Assembly: GCF_003334765.1 (NCBI RefSeq)
Contig: NZ_QOWT01000010.1
DNA: 64,000 nucleotides
Direction: 5' to 3' (one strand)
Origin: Escherichia coli
GTDB taxonomy: Bacteria; Pseudomonadota; Gammaproteobacteria; Enterobacterales; Enterobacteriaceae
The translations under genes were made by a program, and so were the position numbers. The notes beneath the pieces are model-generated. The model was not told the DNA's origin and did no database searches. It was given only the letters and a program-made list of their open reading frames with translations. Shown here one piece after another: positions 7,985 to 22,693 of this stretch (within the stretch, counting starts at the first letter, position 1; the number at the start of each line of letters is the position of its first letter).

Positions 7985-8980
7985 ATGAAAAAGAAAAGAC
8001 CCGTACTTCAGGATGTGGCTGACCGTGTAGGCGTGACCAAAATGACGGTCAGCCGTTTTTTACGCAACCCGGAGCAGGTTTCCGTCGCTCTACGCGGCAA
8101 GATTGCCGCGGCTCTTGATGAACTGGGCTATATTCCCAATCGTGCGCCCGATATCCTCTCTAACGCCACCAGCCGGGCGATTGGCGTCCTGTTACCTTCT
8201 CTCACCAACCAGGTTTTCGCGGAAGTATTACGCGGAATCGAAAGCGTCACCGACGCGCACGGTTATCAGACCATGCTGGCGCACTACGGTTATAAACCGG
8301 AAATGGAGCAAGAACGCCTCGAATCCATGCTCTCCTGGAATATCGACGGCCTGATCCTCACCGAACGTACCCACACGCCGCGCACCTTAAAGATGATTGA
8401 AGTGGCGGGTATTCCCGTGGTGGAACTGATGGACAGCAAGTCGCCATGCCTTGATATCGCCGTCGGTTTTGATAACTTTGAAGCAGCACGCCAGATGACC
8501 ACTGCCATTATTGCTCGCGGGCATCGCCACATTGCCTATCTCGGCGCACGTCTCGACGAACGTACTATCATCAAACAGAAGGGATACGAACAGGCGATGC
8601 TGGATGCAGGCCTGGTGCCATATAGCGTGATGGTTGAGCAATCTTCTTCTTACTCTTCCGGTATTGAACTGATTCGCCAGGCGCGGCGGGAATATCCGCA
8701 GCTGGATGGCGTGTTCTGTACGAATGATGACCTGGCGGTCGGCGCGGCGTTTGAATGTCAGCGTCTGGGGTTAAAAGTTCCTGACGATATGGCGATTGCC
8801 GGTTTCCACGGTCATGACATTGGTCAGGTGATGGAGCCACGACTTGCGAGCGTGCTGACGCCGCGTGAGCGGATGGGCAGTATTGGCGCTGAACGCCTGC
8901 TGGCGCGTATTCGTGGCGAATCTGTGACACCGAAAATGTTAGATTTAGGTTTCACCTTGTCACCGGGCGGATCTATTTAA
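7985..8980 (+). CDS. gntR: LacI-family gluconate repressor
   Basis: 331-aa ORF with an N-terminal helix-turn-helix (VTKMTVSRFLRN) and a periplasmic-binding-protein-like core. Confidence 0.95.
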   Translation: MKKKRPVLQDVADRVGVTKMTVSRFLRNPEQVSVALRGKIAAALDELGYIPNRAPDILSNATSRAIGVLLPSLTNQVFAEVLRGIESVTDAHGYQTMLAHYGYKPEMEQERLESMLSWNIDGLILTERTHTPRTLKMIEVAGIPVVELMDSKSPCLDIAVGFDNFEAARQMTTAIIARGHRHIAYLGARLDERTIIKQKGYEQAMLDAGLVPYSVMVEQSSSYSSGIELIRQARREYPQLDGVFCTNDDLAVGAAFECQRLGLKVPDDMAIAGFHGHDIGQVMEPRLASVLTPRERMGSIGAERLLARIRGESVTPKMLDLGFTLSPGGSI

Positions 8981-9059
8981 GCCCACAAATTTGAAGTAGC
9001 TCACACTTATACACTTAAGGCATGGATGGATATTGCTTCTGATATTGTCCGGCTGGACA

Positions 9060-9088
9060 ATGTTACCGATAACAGTTACCCGTAACAT
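9060..9088 (+). promoter_or_regulatory. Two adjacent GntR operator-like palindromes in the gntK promoter region
   Basis: ATGTTACCGATAACAG and AGTTACCCGTAACAT, both close to the ATGTTACCGATAACAT-type GntR operator palindrome. Confidence 0.7.
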
Positions 9089-9118
9089 TTTTAATTCTTG
9101 TATTGTGGGGGCACCACT

Positions 9119-9646
9119 TTGAGCACGACTAACCATGATCACCACATTTACGTCTTGATGGGCGTATCGGGCAGCGGCAAATCTGCGGTCGCCAGTGAAG
9201 TGGCGCATCAACTTCATGCCGCGTTTCTTGATGGCGATTTCCTCCATCCACGGCGCAATATCGAAAAAATGGCGTCTGGCGAACCACTGAATGACGACGA
9301 TCGCAAACCGTGGTTGCAGGCGCTGAACGACGCCGCGTTTGCTATGCAGCGCACTAATAAAGTGTCGCTGATCGTCTGTTCTGCATTGAAAAAACACTAT
9401 CGCGACTTGCTGCGTGAAGGTAATCCGAATCTCTCTTTCATCTATTTGAAAGGCGATTTTGATGTGATTGAAAGCCGCCTGAAAGCGCGCAAAGGCCATT
9501 TCTTTAAAACCCAAATGTTGGTGACGCAGTTTGAAACGCTGCAGGAGCCGGGTGCGGACGAAACCGATGTACTGGTGGTGGATATCGATCAACCGCTGGA
9601 AGGTGTTGTGGCAAGCACCATTGAGGTTATTAAAAAAGGCAAATAA
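9119..9646 (+). CDS. gntK: Gluconokinase (thermoresistant)
   Basis: ORF 9098-9646 trimmed to the second TTG, giving (M)STTNHDHHIYVLMGVSGSGKS... (175 aa); P-loop present. Confidence 0.9.
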   Translation: MSTTNHDHHIYVLMGVSGSGKSAVASEVAHQLHAAFLDGDFLHPRRNIEKMASGEPLNDDDRKPWLQALNDAAFAMQRTNKVSLIVCSALKKHYRDLLREGNPNLSFIYLKGDFDVIESRLKARKGHFFKTQMLVTQFETLQEPGADETDVLVVDIDQPLEGVVASTIEVIKKGK

Positions 9647-9649
9647 GTA

Positions 9650-10990
9650 GTGACTACATTAACGCTTGTTTTAACAGCAGTAGGGTCTGTTTTACTGCTG
9701 CTGTTTTTAGTCATGAAGGCGCGTATGCACGCTTTCCTGGCTTTAATGGTGGTGTCCATGGGGGCTGGCCTTTTTTCTGGTATGCCGCTCGATAAAATCG
9801 CAGCGACGATGGAAAAAGGGATGGGAGGCACCCTCGGCTTCCTGGCGGTGGTTGTCGCCCTGGGAGCTATGTTTGGCAAGATCTTACATGAAACCGGCGC
9901 AGTCGATCAGATTGCCGTCAAAATGCTCAAATCCTTCGGTCACAGCCGCGCGCATTATGCCATCGGCCTTGCGGGGCTGGTCTGTGCGCTACCGCTGTTC
10001 TTTGAAGTGGCGATAGTTCTGCTGATTAGCGTTGCTTTCTCAATGGCGCGCCACACCGGTACGAACCTGGTGAAGCTGGTAATCCCATTATTTGCAGGCG
10101 TGGCGGCAGCGGCGGCATTTCTGGTGCCTGGACCAGCGCCGATGCTGCTGGCATCGCAGATGAATGCCGACTTTGGCTGGATGATCCTGATTGGCCTGTG
10201 TGCGGCAATTCCGGGAATGATTATTGCCGGGCCGCTGTGGGGTAACTTCATCAGCCGTTACGTTGAGCTGCATATTCCTGACGACATCAGCGAACCGCAT
10301 CTCGGCGAAGGCAAAATGCCATCTTTCGGATTCAGCCTGTCGCTGATCCTGCTGCCGCTGGTGCTGGTAGGGCTGAAAACCATTGCCGCGCGTTTTGTGC
10401 CGGAAGGATCAACTGCTTACGAATGGTTTGAGTTTATCGGTCATCCGTTTACCGCGATTCTGGTTGCTTGTCTGGTGGCGATTTACGGTCTGGCAATGCG
10501 TCAGGGCATGCCAAAAGACAAAGTGATGGAGATTTGCGGTCACGCGCTGCAACCGGCGGGGATCATTCTGCTGGTGATTGGTGCGGGCGGCGTGTTCAAA
10601 CAGGTGCTGGTTGACTCTGGCGTAGGTCCGGCACTGGGCGAAGCGTTAACCGGCATGGGCCTGCCGATTGCTATCACCTGCTTCGTGCTGGCAGCTGCAG
10701 TGCGCATCATTCAGGGTTCTGCCACCGTAGCCTGTTTAACGGCGGTAGGACTGGTGATGCCGGTTATTGAACAACTGAACTACTCCGGTGCGCAAATGGC
10801 GGCGCTGTCGATTTGTATCGCTGGTGGTTCGATTGTTGTCAGCCACGTTAACGACGCCGGTTTCTGGTTGTTCGGTAAATTTACCGGCGCGACCGAAGCC
10901 GAAACGCTGAAAACCTGGACCATGATGGAAACCATCCTCGGCACTGTCGGTGCCATCGTTGGGATGATTGCGTTCCAGCTGTTGAGTTAA
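9650..10990 (+). CDS. gntU: Low-affinity gluconate:H+ symporter (GntP family)
   Basis: 446-aa polytopic membrane ORF, GTG start, directly after gntK. Confidence 0.9.
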   Translation: MTTLTLVLTAVGSVLLLLFLVMKARMHAFLALMVVSMGAGLFSGMPLDKIAATMEKGMGGTLGFLAVVVALGAMFGKILHETGAVDQIAVKMLKSFGHSRAHYAIGLAGLVCALPLFFEVAIVLLISVAFSMARHTGTNLVKLVIPLFAGVAAAAAFLVPGPAPMLLASQMNADFGWMILIGLCAAIPGMIIAGPLWGNFISRYVELHIPDDISEPHLGEGKMPSFGFSLSLILLPLVLVGLKTIAARFVPEGSTAYEWFEFIGHPFTAILVACLVAIYGLAMRQGMPKDKVMEICGHALQPAGIILLVIGAGGVFKQVLVDSGVGPALGEALTGMGLPIAITCFVLAAAVRIIQGSATVACLTAVGLVMPVIEQLNYSGAQMAALSICIAGGSIVVSHVNDAGFWLFGKFTGATEAETLKTWTMMETILGTVGAIVGMIAFQLLS

Positions 10991-10999
10991 GTTTGTTCG

Positions 11000-11030
11000 C
11001 CCGGTAGTTGTGACGCTACCGGGTTCTTTT
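11000..11030 (+). terminator. Rho-independent terminator after gntU
   Basis: Stem CCCGGTAG / CTACCGGG followed by TTCTTTT. Confidence 0.65.
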
Positions 11031-11046
11031 CGAAAAACTCTCCTCG

Positions 11047-11640
11047 TTACCCCTTCATCCACATTCGAATGCCGTCGAGGAACATCTGGGTTGCCATCAT
11101 CACCAGAATCAATCCCATCAGGCGTTCAAGTGCGTTCACCCCTTTCTCGCCCAGCAGACGTAAAAATAGCGAAGACTGTAGCAGGATGACAAAGGTGCCG
11201 CCCCAGGCCAGCAGCAGAGCAATCACCAGATGCCCCATCTGATTCGGGTACTGATGAGACAACAACATCAGCGTGGCGAGAATAGTCGGCCCGGCGACTA
11301 ACGGAATTGCCAACGGCACGATAAATGGCTCTTCACCTGCCGGAAGCCCGCTGCTATTTCCTGAAGCGCTGGGGAAAATCATTTTAATGGCGATCAGAAA
11401 CAGAATGATGCCGCCAGAAATGGAGACGGTTTCTGCTCGTAGGCTAAGAAATGCCAGAATTTTCTCACCCGCAAACAGGAACACCAGCATCACCAGGAGA
11501 GCAATAAGCAACTCTCGCACCATGATTGCCCGCCGTCTTTTCGGTTCAGTATGTTTCAGTACGGACATGAAAATAGGTAGGTTTCCGAGCGGATCCATAA
11601 TCAGGATCAATAAAACTGCTGCAGAAATGATTTCATTCAT
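11047..11640 (-). CDS. yhgN: MarC-family (UPF0056) inner-membrane protein
   Basis: 197-aa hydrophobic ORF; synteny between gntU and asd. Confidence 0.85.
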   Translation of the reverse strand: MNEIISAAVLLILIMDPLGNLPIFMSVLKHTEPKRRRAIMVRELLIALLVMLVFLFAGEKILAFLSLRAETVSISGGIILFLIAIKMIFPSASGNSSGLPAGEEPFIVPLAIPLVAGPTILATLMLLSHQYPNQMGHLVIALLLAWGGTFVILLQSSLFLRLLGEKGVNALERLMGLILVMMATQMFLDGIRMWMKG

Positions 11641-11832
11641 AACTCAAATTCCCTGATAATTGCCGCGGACTTTCTGCGTGCTAACAAAGCAGGATAAGTC
11701 GCATTACTGATGGCTTCGCTATCATTGATTAATTTCACTTGCGACTTTGGCTGCTTTTTGTATGGTGAAAGATGTGCCAAGAGGAGACCGGCACATTTAT
11801 ACAGCACACATCTTTGCAGGAAAAAAACGCTT

Positions 11833-12936
11833 ATGAAAAATGTTGGTTTTATCGGCTGGCGCGGTATGGTCGGCTCCGTTCTCATGCAACGCATGGTTGA
11901 AGAGCGCGACTTCGACGCCATTCGCCCTGTCTTCTTTTCTACTTCTCAGCTTGGCCAGGCTGCGCCGTCTTTTGGCGGAACCACTGGCACACTTCAGGAT
12001 GCCTTTGATCTGGAGGCGCTAAAGGCCCTCGATATCATTGTGACCTGTCAGGGCGGCGATTATACCAACGAAATCTATCCAAAGCTTCGTGAAAGCGGAT
12101 GGCAAGGTTACTGGATTGACGCAGCATCGTCTCTGCGCATGAAAGATGACGCCATCATCATTCTTGACCCCGTCAATCAGGACGTCATTACCGACGGATT
12201 AAATAATGGCATCAGGACTTTTGTTGGCGGTAACTGTACCGTAAGCCTGATGTTGATGTCGTTGGGTGGTTTATTCGCCAATGATCTTGTTGATTGGGTG
12301 TCCGTTGCAACCTACCAGGCCGCTTCCGGCGGTGGTGCGCGACATATGCGTGAGTTATTAACCCAGATGGGCCATCTGTATGGCCATGTGGCAGATGAAC
12401 TCGCGACCCCGTCCTCTGCTATTCTCGATATCGAACGCAAAGTCACAACCTTAACCCGTAGCGGTGAGCTGCCGGTGGATAACTTTGGCGTGCCGCTGGC
12501 GGGTAGCCTGATTCCGTGGATCGACAAACAGCTCGATAACGGTCAGAGCCGCGAAGAGTGGAAAGGGCAGGCGGAAACCAACAAGATCCTCAACACATCT
12601 TCCGTAATTCCGGTAGATGGTTTATGTGTGCGTGTCGGGGCATTGCGCTGCCACAGCCAGGCATTCACTATTAAATTGAAAAAAGATGTGTCTATTCCGA
12701 CCGTGGAAGAACTGCTGGCTGCGCACAATCCGTGGGCGAAAGTCGTTCCGAACGATCGGGAAATCACTATGCGTGAGCTAACCCCAGCTGCCGTTACCGG
12801 CACGCTGACCACGCCGGTAGGCCGCCTGCGTAAGCTGAATATGGGACCAGAGTTCCTGTCAGCCTTTACCGTGGGCGACCAGCTGCTGTGGGGGGCCGCG
12901 GAGCCGCTGCGTCGGATGCTTCGTCAACTGGCGTAA
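11833..12936 (+). CDS. asd: Aspartate-semialdehyde dehydrogenase
   Basis: ORF 11710-12936 trimmed to [21 protein letters not shown]... (367 aa). Confidence 0.95.
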
Positions 12937-13208
12937 TCTTTATTCATTAAATCTGGGGCGCGATGCCGCCCCTGTTAGTGCGTAATACAGGAGTAAGCGC
13001 AGATGTTTCATGATTTACCGGGAGTTAAATAGAGCATTGGCTATTCTTTAAGGGTGGCTGAATACATGAGTATTCACAGCCTTACCTGAAGTGAGGACGA
13101 CGCAGAGAGGATGCACAGAGTGCTGCGCCGTTCAGGTCAAAAAAATGTCACAACCAGAAGTCAAAAATCCAATTGGATGGGGTGACACAATAAAACAGGA
13201 AGACAAGC

Positions 13209-15395
13209 ATGTCCGATCGTATCGATAGAGACGTGATTAACGCGCTAATTGCAGGCCATTTTGCGGATCCTTTTTCCGTACTGGGAATGCATAAAACCAC
13301 CGCGGGACTGGAAGTCCGTGCCCTTTTACCCGACGCTACCGATGTGTGGGTGATTGAACCGAAAACCGGGCGCAAACTCGCAAAACTGGAGTGTCTCGAC
13401 TCACGGGGATTCTTTAGCGGCGTCATTCCGCGACGTAAGAATTTTTTCCGCTATCAGTTGGCTGTTGTCTGGCATGGTCAGCAAAACCTGATTGATGATC
13501 CTTACCGTTTTGGTCCGCTAATCCAGGAAATGGATGCCTGGCTATTATCTGAAGGTACTCACCTGCGCCCGTATGAAACCTTAGGCGCGCATGCAGATAC
13601 TATGGATGGCGTCACAGGTACGCGTTTCTCTGTCTGGGCTCCAAACGCCCGTCGGGTCTCGGTGGTTGGGCAATTCAACTACTGGGACGGTCGCCGTCAC
13701 CCGATGCGCCTGCGTAAAGAGAGCGGCATCTGGGAACTGTTTATCCCTGGGGCGCATAACGGTCAGCTCTATAAATACGAGATGATTGATGCCAATGGCA
13801 ACTTGCGTCTGAAGTCCGACCCTTATGCCTTTGAAGCGCAAATGCGCCCGGAAACCGCGTCTCTTATTTGCGGGCTGCCGGAAAAGGTTGTACAGACTGA
13901 AGAGCGCAAAAAAGCGAATCAGTTTGATGCGCCAATCTCTATTTATGAAGTTCACCTGGGTTCCTGGCGTCGCCACACCGACAACAATTTCTGGTTGAGC
14001 TACCGCGAGCTGGCCGATCAACTGGTGCCTTATGCTAAATGGATGGGCTTTACCCACCTCGAACTACTGCCCATTAACGAGCATCCCTTCGATGGCAGTT
14101 GGGGTTATCAGCCAACCGGCCTGTATGCGCCAACCCGCCGTTTTGGTACTCGCGACGACTTCCGTTATTTCATTGATGCCGCACACGCAGCTGGTCTGAA
14201 CGTGATTCTCGACTGGGTGCCAGGCCACTTCCCGACTGATGACTTTGCGCTTGCCGAATTTGATGGCACGAACTTGTATGAACACAGCGATCCGCGTGAA
14301 GGCTATCATCAGGACTGGAACACGCTGATCTACAACTATGGTCGCCGTGAAGTCAGTAACTTCCTCGTCGGTAACGCGCTTTACTGGATTGAACGTTTTG
14401 GTATTGATGCGCTGCGCGTCGATGCGGTGGCGTCAATGATTTATCGCGACTACAGCCGTAAAGAGGGGGAGTGGATCCCGAACGAATTTGGCGGGCGCGA
14501 GAATCTTGAAGCGATTGAATTCTTGCGTAATACCAACCGTATTCTTGGTGAGCAGGTTTCCGGTGCGGTGACAATGGCTGAGGAGTCTACCGATTTCCCT
14601 GGCGTTTCTCGTCCGCAGGATATGGGCGGTCTGGGCTTCTGGTACAAGTGGAACCTCGGCTGGATGCATGACACCCTGGACTACATGAAGCTCGACCCGG
14701 TTTATCGTCAGTATCATCACGATAAACTGACCTTCGGGATTCTCTACAACTACACTGAAAACTTCGTCCTGCCGTTGTCGCATGATGAAGTGGTCCACGG
14801 TAAAAAATCGATTCTCGACCGCATGCCGGGCGACGCATGGCAGAAATTCGCGAACCTGCGCGCCTACTATGGCTGGATGTGGGCATTCCCGGGCAAGAAA
14901 CTACTGTTCATGGGTAACGAATTTGCCCAGGGCCGCGAGTGGAACCATGACGCCAGCCTCGACTGGCATCTGTTGGAAGGCGGCGATAACTGGCACCACG
15001 GTGTCCAGCGTCTGGTGCGCGATCTGAACCTCACCTACCGCCACCATAAAGCAATGCATGAACTGGATTTTGACCCGTACGGCTTTGAATGGCTGGTGGT
15101 GGATGACAAAGAACGCTCGGTGCTGATCTTTGTGCGTCGCGATAAAGAGGGTAACGAAATCATCGTTGCCAGTAACTTTACGCCGGTACCGCGTCATGAT
15201 TATCGCTTCGGCATAAACCAGCCGGGCAAATGGCGTGAAATCCTCAATACCGATTCCATGCACTATCACGGCAGTAATGCAGGCAATGGCGGCACGGTAC
15301 ACAGCGATGAGATTGCCAGCCACGGTCGTCAGCATTCACTAAGCCTGACGCTACCACCGCTGGCCACTATCTGGCTGGTTCGGGAGGCAGAATGA
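13209..15395 (+). CDS. glgB: 1,4-alpha-glucan branching enzyme
   Basis: 728-aa ORF, GH13 family; first gene of the glgBX-glgCAP cluster. Confidence 0.97.
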   Translation: MSDRIDRDVINALIAGHFADPFSVLGMHKTTAGLEVRALLPDATDVWVIEPKTGRKLAKLECLDSRGFFSGVIPRRKNFFRYQLAVVWHGQQNLIDDPYRFGPLIQEMDAWLLSEGTHLRPYETLGAHADTMDGVTGTRFSVWAPNARRVSVVGQFNYWDGRRHPMRLRKESGIWELFIPGAHNGQLYKYEMIDANGNLRLKSDPYAFEAQMRPETASLICGLPEKVVQTEERKKANQFDAPISIYEVHLGSWRRHTDNNFWLSYRELADQLVPYAKWMGFTHLELLPINEHPFDGSWGYQPTGLYAPTRRFGTRDDFRYFIDAAHAAGLNVILDWVPGHFPTDDFALAEFDGTNLYEHSDPREGYHQDWNTLIYNYGRREVSNFLVGNALYWIERFGIDALRVDAVASMIYRDYSRKEGEWIPNEFGGRENLEAIEFLRNTNRILGEQVSGAVTMAEESTDFPGVSRPQDMGGLGFWYKWNLGWMHDTLDYMKLDPVYRQYHHDKLTFGILYNYTENFVLPLSHDEVVHGKKSILDRMPGDAWQKFANLRAYYGWMWAFPGKKLLFMGNEFAQGREWNHDASLDWHLLEGGDNWHHGVQRLVRDLNLTYRHHKAMHELDFDPYGFEWLVVDDKERSVLIFVRRDKEGNEIIVASNFTPVPRHDYRFGINQPGKWREILNTDSMHYHGSNAGNGGTVHSDEIASHGRQHSLSLTLPPLATIWLVREAE

Positions 15396-17365
15396 CACAA
15401 CTCGCCATTGGCAAACCCGCTCCCCTCGGCGCGCATTACGACGGTCAGGGCGTCAACTTCACACTTTTCTCCGCTCATGCCGAGCGGGTAGAACTGTGTG
15501 TCTTTGACGCCAATGGCCAGGAACATCGCTATGACTTGCCAGGGCACAGTGGCGACATTTGGCACGGTTATCTGCCGGATGCGCGCCCGGGTTTGCGTTA
15601 TGGTTATCGCGTTCATGGCCCCTGGCAACCCGCCGAGGGGCATCGCTTTAACCCGGCGAAGTTGTTGATTGATCCTTGCGCGCGGCAAATTGACGGGGAG
15701 TTTAAAGATAACCCGCTGCTGCACGCCGGTCATAATGAACCTGACTATCGCGACAACGCCGCCATTGCGCCGAAATGCGTAGTGGTGGTTGATCACTATG
15801 ACTGGGAAGATGATGCCCCGCCGCGCACGCCGTGGGGCAGCACCATCATTTATGAAGCCCATGTCAAAGGATTAACGTACTTGCACCCGGAGATCCCGGT
15901 CGAGATCCGTGGCACTTATAAAGCCCTCGGGCATCCGGTGATGATCAACTATTTGAAACAATTGGGCATTACCGCGCTGGAACTGCTGCCAGTGGCGCAG
16001 TTTGCCAGTGAACCACGTCTGCAACGCATGGGGCTAAGTAACTACTGGGGTTACAACCCGGTGGCGATGTTTGCGCTGCATCCGGCGTATGCCTGCTCGC
16101 CAGAAACGGCGCTGGATGAGTTTCGCGATGCAATCAAAGCACTGCATAAAGCGGGTATCGAAGTCATTCTTGATATCGTGCTCAACCATAGTGCGGAACT
16201 GGACCTCGACGGCCCGTTATTCTCGCTGCGTGGGATCGATAACCGTAGCTATTATTGGATAAGAGAAGACGGCGATTATCACAACTGGACCGGTTGCGGC
16301 AACACGCTCAATTTGAGTCATCCGGCGGTGGTGGATTATGCCAGCGCCTGCCTGCGTTATTGGGTAGAAACCTGCCACGTCGATGGTTTCCGCTTTGATC
16401 TGGCGGCAGTCATGGGCCGTACGCCAGAGTTCCGTCAGGATGCGCCGTTGTTTACCGCTATCCAGAACTGCCCGGTGCTCTCGCAGGTGAAGTTAATTGC
16501 TGAACCGTGGGATATCGCTCCTGGTGGTTATCAGGTGGGAAATTTCCCGCCGCTGTTTGCCGAGTGGAACGATCATTTCCGCGATGCTGCCCGTCGTTTC
16601 TGGCTACATTATGATTTGCCTCTGGGGGCGTTTGCCGGGCGTTTTGCTGCCTCCAGCGATGTTTTTAAACGTAATGGTCGTCTGCCGAGTGCCGCGATTA
16701 ATCTCGTCACCGCGCATGACGGTTTTACGCTTCGCGACTGCGTTTGCTTCAACCATAAACACAATGAAGCAAACGGAGAAGAAAATCGCGACGGGACCAA
16801 CAACAATTACAGTAACAATCATGGTAAAGAAGGGTTAGGCGGTTCTCTTGACCTGGTTGAACGGCGGCGCGACAGCATTCACGCCCTGTTAACAACGTTG
16901 TTGCTCTCCCAGGGTACGCCGATGTTACTGGCCGGTGACGAACATGGTCACAGCCAGCATGGCAATAACAATGCCTACTGTCAGGATAACCAATTAACCT
17001 GGTTGGACTGGTCGCAGGCAAGCAGTGGTTTAACCGCATTTACCGCCGCGTTAATCCATCTGCGCAAGCGCATTCCCGCTTTGGTGGAGAATCGCTGGTG
17101 GGAAGAAGGCGACGGCAATGTCCGTTGGCTAAATCGATATGCTCAACCTTTAAGCACGGATGAGTGGCAAAACGGGCCGAAACAGCTGCAAATTCTGCTC
17201 TCGGATCGCTTTTTGATCGCAATTAACGCCACGCTTGAGGTAACAGAGATTGTTTTACCTGCTGGGGAGTGGCACGCCATTCCCCCATTCGCTGGAGAGG
17301 ATAACCCAGTGATTACGGCTGTCTGGCAGGGACCTGCACACGGATTGTGTGTGTTCCAGAGATGA
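15392..17365 (+). CDS. glgX: Glycogen debranching enzyme
   Basis: 657-aa ORF, GH13; start overlaps the glgB stop by 4 bp. Confidence 0.97.
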
Positions 17366-17380
17366 TAAAAAAGGAGTTAG
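17337..17380 (+). promoter_or_regulatory. glgC leader with CsrA-binding hairpin and Shine-Dalgarno GGA site
   Basis: CACACGGATTGTGTG forms a stem CACAC / GTGTG with GGA in the loop; a second GGA lies in the SD (AAGGAG) just before the glgC ATG. This is the published CsrA target architecture. Confidence 0.6.
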
Positions 17381-17382
17381 TC

Positions 17383-18678
17383 ATGGTTAGTTTAGAGAAG
17401 AACGATCACTTAATGTTGGCGCGCCAGCTGCCATTGAAATCTGTTGCCCTGATACTGGCGGGAGGACGTGGTACCCGCCTGAAGGATTTAACCAATAAGC
17501 GAGCAAAACCGGCCGTACACTTCGGCGGTAAGTTCCGCATTATCGACTTTGCGCTGTCTAACTGCATCAACTCCGGGATCCGTCGTATGGGCGTGATCAC
17601 CCAGTACCAGTCCCACACTCTGGTGCAGCACATTCAGCGCGGCTGGTCATTCTTCAATGAAGAAATGAACGAGTTTGTCGATCTGCTGCCAGCACAGCAG
17701 AGAATGAAAGGGGAAAACTGGTATCGCGGCACCGCAGATGCGGTCACCCAAAACCTCGACATTATCCGCCGTTATAAAGCGGAATACGTGGTGATCCTGG
17801 CGGGCGACCATATCTACAAGCAAGACTACTCGCGTATGCTTATCGATCACGTCGAAAAAGGCGCACGTTGCACCGTTGCTTGTATGCCAGTACCGATTGA
17901 AGAAGCCTCCGCATTTGGCGTTATGGCGGTTGATGAGAACGATAAAATTATCGAATTCGTTGAAAAACCTGCTAACCCGCCGTCAATGCCGAACGATCCG
18001 AGCAAATCTCTGGCGAGTATGGGTATCTACGTCTTTGACGCCGACTATCTGTATGAACTGCTGGAAGAAGACGATCGCGATGAGAACTCCAGCCACGACT
18101 TTGGCAAAGATTTGATTCCCAAGATCACCGAAGCCGGTCTGGCCTATGCGCACCCGTTCCCGCTCTCTTGCGTACAATCCGACCCGGATGCCGAGCCGTA
18201 CTGGCGCGATGTGGGTACGCTGGAAGCTTACTGGAAAGCGAACCTCGATCTGGCCTCTGTGGTGCCGGAACTGGATATGTACGATCGCAATTGGCCAATT
18301 CGCACCTACAATGAATCATTACCGCCAGCGAAATTCGTGCAGGATCGCTCCGGTAGCCACGGGATGACCCTTAACTCACTGGTTTCCGGCGGTTGTGTGA
18401 TCTCCGGTTCGGTGGTGGTGCAGTCCGTTCTGTTCTCGCGCGTTCGCGTGAATTCATTCTGCAACATTGATTCCGCCGTATTGTTACCGGAAGTATGGGT
18501 AGGTCGCTCGTGCCGTCTGCGCCGCTGCGTCATCGATCGTGCTTGTGTTATTCCGGAAGGCATGGTGATTGGTGAAAACGCAGAGGAAGATGCACGTCGT
18601 TTCTATCGTTCAGAAGAAGGCATCGTGCTGGTAACGCGCGAAATGCTACGGAAGTTAGGGCATAAACAGGAGCGATAA
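17383..18678 (+). CDS. glgC: Glucose-1-phosphate adenylyltransferase
   Basis: ORF 17347-18678 trimmed to [33 protein letters not shown]... (431 aa). Confidence 0.97.
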
Positions 18679-20111
18679 TGCAGGTTTTACATGTATGTTC
18701 AGAGATGTTCCCGCTGCTTAAAACCGGCGGTCTGGCTGATGTTATTGGGGCATTACCCGCAGCACAAATCGCAGACGGCGTTGACGCTCGCGTACTGTTG
18801 CCTGCATTTCCCGATATTCGCCGTGGCGTGATCGATGCGCAGGTAGTATCCCGTCGTGATACCTTCGCCGGACATATCACGCTGTTGTTCGGTCATTACA
18901 ACGGGGTTGGCATTTACCTGATTGACGCGCCGCATCTCTATGATCGTCCGGGAAGCCCGTATCACGATACCAACTTATTTGCCTATACCGACAACGTATT
19001 GCGTTTTGCGCTGCTGGGGTGGGTTGGGGCAGAAATGGCCAGCGGGCTTGACCCATTCTGGCGTCCTGATGTGGTGCATGCGCACGACTGGCATGCAGGC
19101 CTTGCGCCTGCGTATCTGGCGGCGCGCGGGCGTCCGGCGAAGTCGGTGTTTACTGTGCACAACCTGGCCTATCAAGGCATGTTTTATGCACATCACATGA
19201 ATGACATCCAATTGCCATGGTCATTCTTTAATATTCATGGGCTGGAATTCAACGGACAAATCTCTTTCCTGAAGGCCGGTCTGTACTATGCCGATCACAT
19301 TACGGCGGTCAGTCCAACCTACGCTCGCGAGATCACCGAACCGCAGTTTGCCTACGGTATGGAAGGTCTGTTGCAACAGCGTCACCGTGAAGGGCGTCTT
19401 TCCGGCGTACTGAACGGCGTGGACGAGAAAATCTGGAGTCCAGAGACGGACTTACTGTTGGCCTCGCGTTACACCCGCGATACGTTGGAAGATAAAGCGG
19501 AAAATAAGCGCCAGTTACAAATCGCAATGGGGCTTAAGGTTGACGATAAAGTGCCGCTTTTTGCAGTGGTGAGCCGTCTGACCAGCCAGAAAGGTCTCGA
19601 CCTGGTGCTGGAAGCCTTACCGGGTCTTCTGGAGCAGGGCGGGCAGCTGGCGCTACTCGGCGCGGGCGATCCGGTGCTGCAGGAAGGTTTCCTTGCGGCG
19701 GCAGCGGAATACCCCGGTCAGGTGGGCGTTCAGATTGGCTATCACGAAGCATTTTCGCATCGCATTATGGGCGGCGCGGACGTCATTCTGGTGCCCAGCC
19801 GTTTTGAACCGTGCGGCTTAACGCAACTTTATGGATTGAAGTACGGTACGCTGCCGTTAGTGCGGCGCACCGGTGGGCTTGCTGATACGGTTTCTGACTG
19901 TTCTCTTGAGAACCTTGCAGATGGCGTCGCCAGTGGGTTTGTCTTTGAAGATAGTAATGCCTGGTCGCTGTTACGGGCTATTCGACGTGCTTTTGTACTG
20001 TGGTCCCGTCCTTCACTGTGGCGGTTTGTGCAACGTCAGGCTATGGCAATGGATTTTAGCTGGCAGGTCGCGGCGAAGTCGTACCGTGAGCTTTACTATC
20101 GCTTGAAATAG
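18678..20111 (+). CDS. glgA: Glycogen synthase
   Basis: 477-aa [25 protein letters not shown]...; ATG overlaps the glgC stop (TAATG). Confidence 0.97.
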   Translation: MQVLHVCSEMFPLLKTGGLADVIGALPAAQIADGVDARVLLPAFPDIRRGVIDAQVVSRRDTFAGHITLLFGHYNGVGIYLIDAPHLYDRPGSPYHDTNLFAYTDNVLRFALLGWVGAEMASGLDPFWRPDVVHAHDWHAGLAPAYLAARGRPAKSVFTVHNLAYQGMFYAHHMNDIQLPWSFFNIHGLEFNGQISFLKAGLYYADHITAVSPTYAREITEPQFAYGMEGLLQQRHREGRLSGVLNGVDEKIWSPETDLLLASRYTRDTLEDKAENKRQLQIAMGLKVDDKVPLFAVVSRLTSQKGLDLVLEALPGLLEQGGQLALLGAGDPVLQEGFLAAAAEYPGQVGVQIGYHEAFSHRIMGGADVILVPSRFEPCGLTQLYGLKYGTLPLVRRTGGLADTVSDCSLENLADGVASGFVFEDSNAWSLLRAIRRAFVLWSRPSLWRFVQRQAMAMDFSWQVAAKSYRELYYRLK

Positions 20112-22577
<2,466 letters not shown>

Positions 22578-22593
22578 GTTCACCAATAAATAG

Positions 22594-22620
22594 AACGGGG
22601 CCAAAGGGTCCCGTTTTTTT
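22594..22620 (+). terminator. Rho-independent terminator after glgP
   Basis: AACGGGGCC aaag GGTCCCGTT hairpin followed by TTTTTTT. Confidence 0.75.
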
Positions 22621-22693
22621 CCGCCATCATTTCGGAAAAGTGTCCAGAAGGGGCAAGGGGACTCGGGGAGTATAATTTCACCATTCAAAAAGA

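Noticed and set aside
12950-12990. Possible terminator after asd (GGGGCG...CGCCCC)
   Set aside because: The stem is plausible but there is no T-tract after it; too weak to call without folding energies.
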